DNA of 64,000 bases from Alphaproteobacteria bacterium (GTDB lineage Bacteria; Pseudomonadota; Alphaproteobacteria; GM7ARS4; G965262615). The stretch is from contig OZ253545.1 of the NCBI GenBank assembly GCA_965262615.1, positions 1-64,000 of the forward strand, given 5' to 3'. Positions 57,533-64,000 of the stretch are shown piece by piece. The number at the start of each line of letters is the position of its first letter. Positions within the stretch are counted from its first letter, which is position 1. The notes under the pieces are model-generated. The model saw nothing but the letters and a program-made list of their open reading frames with translations, made no database searches and had not been told where the DNA came from. Position numbers and translations under genes: made by a program.

Positions 57533-59350
57533 ATGGCTGACAATTTCAAATCTCATCGTTCTGACCGCCAGATTTTGCGGCGCGTGGTGGTGGAGTACAT
57601 GGGCAGATACTGGGAAAATTTTGCCGGCGGTGTCCTCTGCATGCTTATGGTCGCCGCCGCCACCGCCGCCACCGCTCAACTCATGCAGCCCATCCTTGAC
57701 GATGTCTTTTTGAACAAAGACCAAACCATGATTTATCTTGTGCCTCTCGTCATCATCATCGTCTTTGTGTTCAAGGGAGGAGCAGAATTTGGTCACATGA
57801 TGCTCACGCGGCGCGCCTCTTCCTTCATCATGGTTGACTTACAAAATCAATTGTTTGACACCATTCTCAAGCGGGAGATTGTCTTCTTTGATCACAATTC
57901 CAGCGGCATGCTGGCGGCGCGTTTTACCACTGAAGTCATGATGGTGGTCAATGCGGTGGTCAATTTGCTGGTGGGCTATGTGCGTGATGGACTCTCCTTC
58001 TTGTTTTTGCTGCTGGTCATGATTTATCAAGATTGGCAGCTGTCCATCATCGTCTTGCTGGTTTTCTCCCTTGCCTACACCCCCGTGTTGATGCTTGCCA
58101 AACGCTCGCGCAACGACTCCGCCGTGCAGCAACAATCTATGGGGAAGCTCAATGCCCAACTGGTGGAAATCTTTTCCGGCATCCGCATGGTGCAATCCTA
58201 CGGCAGAGAAAAAGAAGAAAATAAACGCATGAAGCAAACCACCACAAAAATTCGTGAGATCATGAACAACATGGCGCGCCTGCAAGCCATGCCGCGCCCC
58301 ATCATGGAGGGACTCACAGGCATCGCCATCGCCATCGTGGTCTATTACGGCGGACAGCAAGTGTTCTCAGGAGAAGCCACACCAGGTGAATTGTTTTCCT
58401 TCATCACCGCCATGCTCCTTGCCTATAAGCCCGCCAAATCGGTCATCAATCTGCATATTCAATTGCAAATGGGACTCACAGCCGCCAATAATATTTTCAA
58501 AATCTTTGATAGCCCCCCCGCCATCAAAGACAAACCCAATGCTTATAATCTTCCCAAGGATGACACAAACGGCTGGTCTCTCACTTTTGATCAAGTTGAT
58601 TTCTCCTACGATGGACACCATCAAGCATTGCAAAACATGTCAATGACAATCCCCGCTCATCAAACGGTTGCGCTGGTGGGGCCATCGGGCGGCGGCAAAT
58701 CCACCACCTTCAATCTCATCGGCAGATTCTATGACCCGCAAAAAGGACGCATCACCATCGGCAACCACGCCATTCAAGATGTGACGCTGGAATCACTGCG
58801 CGCCAAAGTGGGATATGTCAGCCAAGACATCGTCATCTTCAATGACACCATCGCCAAAAACATTTTATTCGGCAAAGAAGACGCAACCCACGATGACATG
58901 CACAACGCCAGCCGCAAAGCATTTGCCGATGAGTTTATCAGTCAATTGCCGCAAGGCTATGACACCCTCGTGGGCGAGAACGGTGTGTTGCTGTCGGGGG
59001 GACAAAAACAACGCATTGCTCTTGCTCGCGCCTTGCTCAAAAGCGCACCCATCCTGCTGCTGGATGAAGCCACCGCCGCACTGGACAACGAATCGGAATT
59101 CTACATTCGCTCCGCTCTCCATGAACTCAAGCGACACCATACCATTGTCATTATTGCCCATCGTCTCAGCACGGTGCGTGATGCCGATTGCATTTTTGTC
59201 ATTCAAAATGGCTCGGTGGTGGAGAGCGGTAATTATCAAACACTGCTGAACAAGAAAGGTGTCTTTACTCAATTGCATGAATTTCAAAGTGCCGTTGAAA
59301 CGATGGATCTCAAGCGTCCGATGCGTCCTCTTGTTTCTCCCTCTTCTTGA
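57533..59350 (+). CDS. msbA: Lipid A export ABC transporter, permease/ATPase
   Basis: TM domain plus GPSGGGKST, LSGGQKQR, LLLDEAT, IAHRLST; in an operon with waaA-lpxK. Confidence 0.88.
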   Translation: MADNFKSHRSDRQILRRVVVEYMGRYWENFAGGVLCMLMVAAATAATAQLMQPILDDVFLNKDQTMIYLVPLVIIIVFVFKGGAEFGHMMLTRRASSFIMVDLQNQLFDTILKREIVFFDHNSSGMLAARFTTEVMMVVNAVVNLLVGYVRDGLSFLFLLLVMIYQDWQLSIIVLLVFSLAYTPVLMLAKRSRNDSAVQQQSMGKLNAQLVEIFSGIRMVQSYGREKEENKRMKQTTTKIREIMNNMARLQAMPRPIMEGLTGIAIAIVVYYGGQQVFSGEATPGELFSFITAMLLAYKPAKSVINLHIQLQMGLTAANNIFKIFDSPPAIKDKPNAYNLPKDDTNGWSLTFDQVDFSYDGHHQALQNMSMTIPAHQTVALVGPSGGGKSTTFNLIGRFYDPQKGRITIGNHAIQDVTLESLRAKVGYVSQDIVIFNDTIAKNILFGKEDATHDDMHNASRKAFADEFISQLPQGYDTLVGENGVLLSGGQKQRIALARALLKSAPILLLDEATAALDNESEFYIRSALHELKRHHTIVIIAHRLSTVRDADCIFVIQNGSVVESGNYQTLLNKKGVFTQLHEFQSAVETMDLKRPMRPLVSPSS

Positions 59351-59354
59351 TGCC

Positions 59355-60638
59355 ATGGCGCGCTGGTTTTCTTTGTTATCCGCGTATCATCACATCAGCC
59401 CCTTGTTTCGTCCTCTGATGCCACTGCTGGTGCAAGCACGGCTACGGCAGGGCAAGGAAGAAGCGTCACGCACTCAGGAACGCTACGGCGTGGCATCTCA
59501 TGCCCGCCCGCACGGAACGGTCGTCTGGGTGCATGGCGCGAGCGTGGGAGAATCTCTCTCGGTGCTGCCATTGCTGACAGCTCTGTTGCAACGCATGCCG
59601 CACCTCTCCATTGTGATGACCACCGTCACCGTCAGTGCCGCCCAATTGTTGCGAGAGCGATTGCCCGCCGCCGCCATTCATCAATACAGCTGCTTTGATG
59701 TGCCTTGTTATGCCGAGCGATTTCTTGTCCATTGGCGACCGCAGATGGTGTTGTGGCTGGAATCGGAGCTGTGGCTCAATCAATTGACCGCCATTCATCG
59801 CCGTCACATTCCGTTGTTTTTGCTGGGAGGGCGACTTTCAAAAAGGAGTTTTAGACGATGGCAGCGCGCCCCTTCTATTATTCGTAAGGTTTTGTCTTAT
59901 TTTGATGTCATCTTTGCTCAGAGCTGTGTTGAGGCTGACAGGTTCTCTCAATTGAGCGGTCGCCATCGCATCACGGTTGCCAATTTGAAAATGATTCCGC
60001 CATTGGTGTCTGTTGATGCCCACAAACGCCGCTGGCTGCAGCACCAATTGCAAGGCAGGCATTGTTGGCTGGCTGCCAGCACCCATGATGGCGAAGAGGC
60101 GATGATGGTGGCGTGTCATCGTTATTTGTGTGAGCATTTTTCTGATTTGGTGACCATCATTGCGCCGCGCCATGCTCGTCGCGGTGATGCCATCGCCGCC
60201 GCCATGACGGCTGCCAACATTCCTCTGGCGCGCCGCTCCCGTGACGACACCCTGCCGCCTCATCAAGGGATTTATCTGGCTGACACAATGGGCGAGATGC
60301 CATTGCTGTATGAAAGCGTGCCTGTGTCTGTGATCGGTGGCTCGCTGGTGAATCATGGCGGACACAATCCGCTGGAAGCCGCCCGAGCCAAAACCGCCGT
60401 GCTGTTCGGACAATACATGGATAATTTTCAACCGCTGGCACAAGAACTCATTGACCACAATGGCGCACGCATGGTGACCAATGAACGCCAACTGAGCCAA
60501 CAACTGCACACTCTGCTCGCCAATGAGAATGAGTGTAGGAAAATGTCATCGGCTGCCGCCGCCTTTGCCCATGAAACAGGTCGTCATGTTTTGGATGATT
60601 ACCTTGAACGCATCCTGCCATGGCTATCATCTCCATGA
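59355..60638 (+). CDS. waaA: Kdo transferase
   Basis: WVHGASVGE, ESELW, ASTHDGEE, APRH, DTMGEM, GGHNPLE. Confidence 0.94.
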   Translation: MARWFSLLSAYHHISPLFRPLMPLLVQARLRQGKEEASRTQERYGVASHARPHGTVVWVHGASVGESLSVLPLLTALLQRMPHLSIVMTTVTVSAAQLLRERLPAAAIHQYSCFDVPCYAERFLVHWRPQMVLWLESELWLNQLTAIHRRHIPLFLLGGRLSKRSFRRWQRAPSIIRKVLSYFDVIFAQSCVEADRFSQLSGRHRITVANLKMIPPLVSVDAHKRRWLQHQLQGRHCWLAASTHDGEEAMMVACHRYLCEHFSDLVTIIAPRHARRGDAIAAAMTAANIPLARRSRDDTLPPHQGIYLADTMGEMPLLYESVPVSVIGGSLVNHGGHNPLEAARAKTAVLFGQYMDNFQPLAQELIDHNGARMVTNERQLSQQLHTLLANENECRKMSSAAAAFAHETGRHVLDDYLERILPWLSSP

Positions 60639-61609
60639 CCCCTTTCAGAACACCGTCTTTTTGGTATGAGCGCGCGTTTTCATGGCAATCTCATTGCCTT
60701 GCGCCACTGTCATGGCTCTATGGTGTGCTGGGAGACATTAATTACCGCCGCCGCAAGAGCGTCACGCGCGTGACCCCTGCCGTTGTGACGGTGGGCAATG
60801 CCGTGGCAGGGGGTGCGGGCAAAACACCCGTTGTCAAAAGTCTGGCAGCCATTGCCCAAAAAATGGGTATTGGCACTCATATTGTGAGTCACGGCTATGG
60901 TGGCGCAATCCGCCACGCCACGCGCGTGAATGACTCCATTCATGATGCCACCATGGTGGGTGATGAGGCTCTGTTGCTTTCGTCCATTGCGCCCACATGG
61001 GTGGGCAAACGCGCGCAAGCCCTTCGTGCCGCCGCCAATGCCGACCTGGTGCTGCTGGATGACGGATTTTTTGACCCTCATATTCACAAGAACCATCATC
61101 TATTGGTGGTGGATGGCATGAGCGGATTTGGCAATGAGCGCGTCATCCCTGCGGGACCATTGCGCCGTCCTTTGGCTCGCGCGCTTGAGCAGCACCCCAC
61201 ATGGGTGATGATTGGCGAGGATTGTCACCATCTGCACAAACGCTATGGCGAAGGATGCGATGTCTGGCGCGCCGATAAGGTCTTTCACAGCTCACAGCCC
61301 ATTGCCAACACAAACATCATTGCCGCCTGTGGACTAGCTCGCCCTCAGGCATTTTTTGATATGATTGACACCAATGGCGGACATCTCATCGCCTCGTTTG
61401 CCTATCCCGACCACAAGCCACTGCCGCCACGCCACATTGAACGGTGGAAACAGATGGCAAAAAAAAACAACGCCCTGCTTGCCATCACCGCTAAAGATTT
61501 TGTAAAAATTCATCCAAGCCAGCGCAGCGACATTGTGGTATGCGATGTCACCATTGCGTGGCATGATGAAAAAATCGTCCGAGACACCATCAAAAAACTC
61601 TGTCCATGA
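60635..61609 (+). CDS. lpxK: Tetraacyldisaccharide 4'-kinase
   Basis: VGNAVAGGAGKTP, GYGG, GDEA, LDDG, PAGPLR, PDH. Confidence 0.93.
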   Translation: MTPFRTPSFWYERAFSWQSHCLAPLSWLYGVLGDINYRRRKSVTRVTPAVVTVGNAVAGGAGKTPVVKSLAAIAQKMGIGTHIVSHGYGGAIRHATRVNDSIHDATMVGDEALLLSSIAPTWVGKRAQALRAAANADLVLLDDGFFDPHIHKNHHLLVVDGMSGFGNERVIPAGPLRRPLARALEQHPTWVMIGEDCHHLHKRYGEGCDVWRADKVFHSSQPIANTNIIAACGLARPQAFFDMIDTNGGHLIASFAYPDHKPLPPRHIERWKQMAKKNNALLAITAKDFVKIHPSQRSDIVVCDVTIAWHDEKIVRDTIKKLCP

Positions 61610-62526
61610 TGAAACCACTCAAACATATCCGCTATATCGTGGAAGCAGCTCTATTGCTGTTGCTGTTTTTCTTTTTTCGTGTTCTGGGATTGGATCGGGC
61701 ATCGGCGTTGGGCTCTTATCTGGCTCGTCATTTTGGTCCTTTGCTTCATCTGCACAGACGGGCGCGCAGCAACCTTCGCCTGCTCAAAATGACCGCCAAT
61801 GAACAAGAAGAGCAAAAGATTTTGCGCGGCATGTGGGACAATCTGGGACGAGTCGTGGCGGAATATATCTATCTGGGTCAGCTGCAGCTCTATGATGATC
61901 GCCCTGCCGTTGCGCGCTCTCCCTATTTGGGTCGGGTGCAAGTGAAAAATCGCCAACGCTTGGAGCAATTGTTATCATCAAACAAAGGCGTGATTTTTTT
62001 CGCAGCACACCTTGCCAATTGGGAATTGAGCGCGCTGTGTGTGACCTCTTTGGGATATCCTCTCACGGTGGGATATCGTCCGCCCAACAATCCGTGGGTG
62101 CGCTGGATGATTGGTTTTTTCCGCCGCCCTGTGGCGAAGTATTTTGCCTCTAAGCTGGATGGCGGTGGGCGAGATTTTATTCGCGCCATCAGACGACACG
62201 AAGCTCTCGGAATTGTGGCGGATCAAAACACCGGCAGTCTGCAATTGCCTTTTTTGGGTCAATCGGCACGCACATTGGAGATGCCCGCCCGCTTGGCTCT
62301 GCAATTTGATGTGCCCCTCGTCCCCATCCATGTGGTGCGCACACACGGCTCTCATTTCACACTGACGGTGGAAAAACCTCTTGCCTACACAAAAAAGACA
62401 TCCATCAGCGAGCTGACTCACAAGATGAATGATCGCATCTCAGATTGGATTAGACAAAACCCCGAACAATGGCTGTGGATTCACAACCGTTGGAAGCACG
62501 GTGCTTACGGCTCATTTGTGCCATAA
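61606..62526 (+). CDS. Lipid A late acyltransferase (LpxL/HtrB family)
   Basis: HLANWE, ADQ, PEQWLWIHNRWK. Confidence 0.9.
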   Translation: MMKPLKHIRYIVEAALLLLLFFFFRVLGLDRASALGSYLARHFGPLLHLHRRARSNLRLLKMTANEQEEQKILRGMWDNLGRVVAEYIYLGQLQLYDDRPAVARSPYLGRVQVKNRQRLEQLLSSNKGVIFFAAHLANWELSALCVTSLGYPLTVGYRPPNNPWVRWMIGFFRRPVAKYFASKLDGGGRDFIRAIRRHEALGIVADQNTGSLQLPFLGQSARTLEMPARLALQFDVPLVPIHVVRTHGSHFTLTVEKPLAYTKKTSISELTHKMNDRISDWIRQNPEQWLWIHNRWKHGAYGSFVP

Positions 62527-63404
62527 CGCTTGGGTTGCGGCAGTGTTTGCGGCGGCTGAATGGCGGCATCGGCGAGAGCGGGCGGCAAATCGCTGACCAG
62601 AGCCGGATCAATGGCGGTGAAATTCAAATAGACCCCCCAATGCAAGTGAGGCCCTGTCACGCGCCCCGTTGCCCCGATGCTGCCAATCACATCCCCTCGC
62701 TGAACCGATTGCCCTGGCGTGACGCTGATCTCATGCAAATGGGAATAGAGGGTGAACAGTCCCAACCCGTGATCCACAATGATGGTATGCCCCGTGAAAA
62801 AAAGGTCGTGCCGTGCGAGTCTCACAATGCCGCCATCGGCTGCGACGATGGGCGTTCCTTGCGGTGCGGCGATGTCCAGCCCCAAATGACGGGCGCGCGG
62901 CTGTCCATTGAGCACCCGCCGTGAGCCAAAAACCCCACTGACGCGCCCATCAACCGGCACACGCAATGGCAACTGAGGCAATCGGGAACAATCCACCTCA
63001 GCCCTTGCCTCACGCATGGCAATGCGCTCCGTGCCAATGCGCTTCAACGCCGCGAGATCGGGTGTCACTTTTGCCTGTGGCAAGCCCTCAATGTGCGTCT
63101 CTTTATACTGGCGCGGCGGCACGGCAATCTCCCATGAAGTAATTATGTCTTCATCGTCCTTGACGCTCACCGTCACATCGCCGTGCAACAACGCCGGCAC
63201 CGCCAGCAAAAAATGACGGCCACACAAAGCCCGCTTCAAGCCTCCTTGGGTGCGTAATCCATGCTGAGACGGCAAAACTCCCGAGAGCAAACCGCCGCCC
63301 ACCGCAATGCCCTCAAAGGAAAAATCAGAAAAAACACGCTCCTCTGCCGAGACGCTGGAAAGCGTCATCATCGTCACCAGTATCCATCTGTGCAGTGGCA
63401 TCAT
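62505..63404 (-). CDS. M23 family metallopeptidase
   Basis: [29 protein letters not shown]. Confidence 0.9.
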   Translation of the reverse strand: MMPLHRWILVTMMTLSSVSAEERVFSDFSFEGIAVGGGLLSGVLPSQHGLRTQGGLKRALCGRHFLLAVPALLHGDVTVSVKDDEDIITSWEIAVPPRQYKETHIEGLPQAKVTPDLAALKRIGTERIAMREARAEVDCSRLPQLPLRVPVDGRVSGVFGSRRVLNGQPRARHLGLDIAAPQGTPIVAADGGIVRLARHDLFFTGHTIIVDHGLGLFTLYSHLHEISVTPGQSVQRGDVIGSIGATGRVTGPHLHWGVYLNFTAIDPALVSDLPPALADAAIQPPQTLPQPKRYGTNEP

Positions 63405-64000
63405 GTCTCTCCCGTGACATCCAATGAACCATCAAACCATTCTATGGTCAATTGGTGATTGTCTCCCACTTGACTTTTGCGTGCCACCAATGACTGTGTC
63501 CCATCACGGCGATGCACCAACGCATAGCCCTGCCGCAAAATATGACGATAGGAATGAGCCTCCACCACTCGGCGGGCGGCGGCAATGGCATCACGATGAC
63601 GGCGCAGCATGGTATTGATTACCCACTGCCAGCGTTGCGTTTTTTCATCCAATGCCCGTCTTTGATGCTCAATGCGATGCTGTGGATGCACAAGAGCCCG
63701 AGCGGTCAGCTGCCACAGCTCCTTACGGCGCGCAATGACCGCCATCATGGCATGACGAAGGCGCGCAATGCTCTCACTGTGCGCGCTTTGCAATTGAGCC
63801 AAGAGTGGCGTTGCCAGCTCCGCCGCCGCGGTGGGGGTGGCGGCGCGCTGGTCGGCGACATCATCGCTCAATGTGACATCGGTCTCGTGTCCCACGGCGG
63901 AAATCACGGGAATAACCGAGCGCGCAATCGCCCGCACCACCTCTTCTTCATTGAACGCCCATAAATCCTCAATGCTGCCGCCACCGCGTCCCACGATGAG
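63401..64000 (-). CDS. xseA: Exodeoxyribonuclease VII large subunit (3' part; runs off the right edge)
   Basis: [38 protein letters not shown]. Confidence 0.94.
   Translation of the reverse strand, partial: LIVGRGGGSIEDLWAFNEEEVVRAIARSVIPVISAVGHETDVTLSDDVADQRAATPTAAAELATPLLAQLQSAHSESIARLRHAMMAVIARRKELWQLTARALVHPQHRIEHQRRALDEKTQRWQWVINTMLRRHRDAIAAARRVVEAHSYRHILRQGYALVHRRDGTQSLVARKSQVGDNHQLTIEWFDGSLDVTGET

Overview
Chromosomal window of a compact alphaproteobacterial genome (roughly 50-55% GC by eye; gene orders such as pyrB-pyrC-plsY-dprA-topA-rpmG and msbA-waaA-lpxK-lpxL). It is mostly housekeeping: partial gltB, kdsD, aroBK, recJ, rnpB, sucCD, glyQS, gshA, three tRNAs and partial xseA. Accessory DNA consists of a type II R-M cassette (18.6-21.3 kb), two paralogous double-barrel outer-membrane proteins (36-39.4 kb), and a ~9.6-kb integrase-less island at tRNA-Ser(GCT) bounded by a ~50-bp att direct repeat. 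The island carries a type III Mod gene and a Res gene cut off exactly at the att site. It also carries the best candidate for a new system: a two-gene operon with a 670-aa protein ending in a TrcR/DUF1013-like domain, followed by a ~1430-aa DUF1998 (DruE-like) helicase. A second unusual feature is recurrent tandem amplification confined to gene boundaries: 5 x 171 bp of the recJ promoter plus 5' end, 3 x 153 bp of a convergent gene overlap, a mosaic array at the kdsD/CNNM junction, and 12 heptamers copying the rsmE start. All family calls come from motif recognition by eye; no searches were run.
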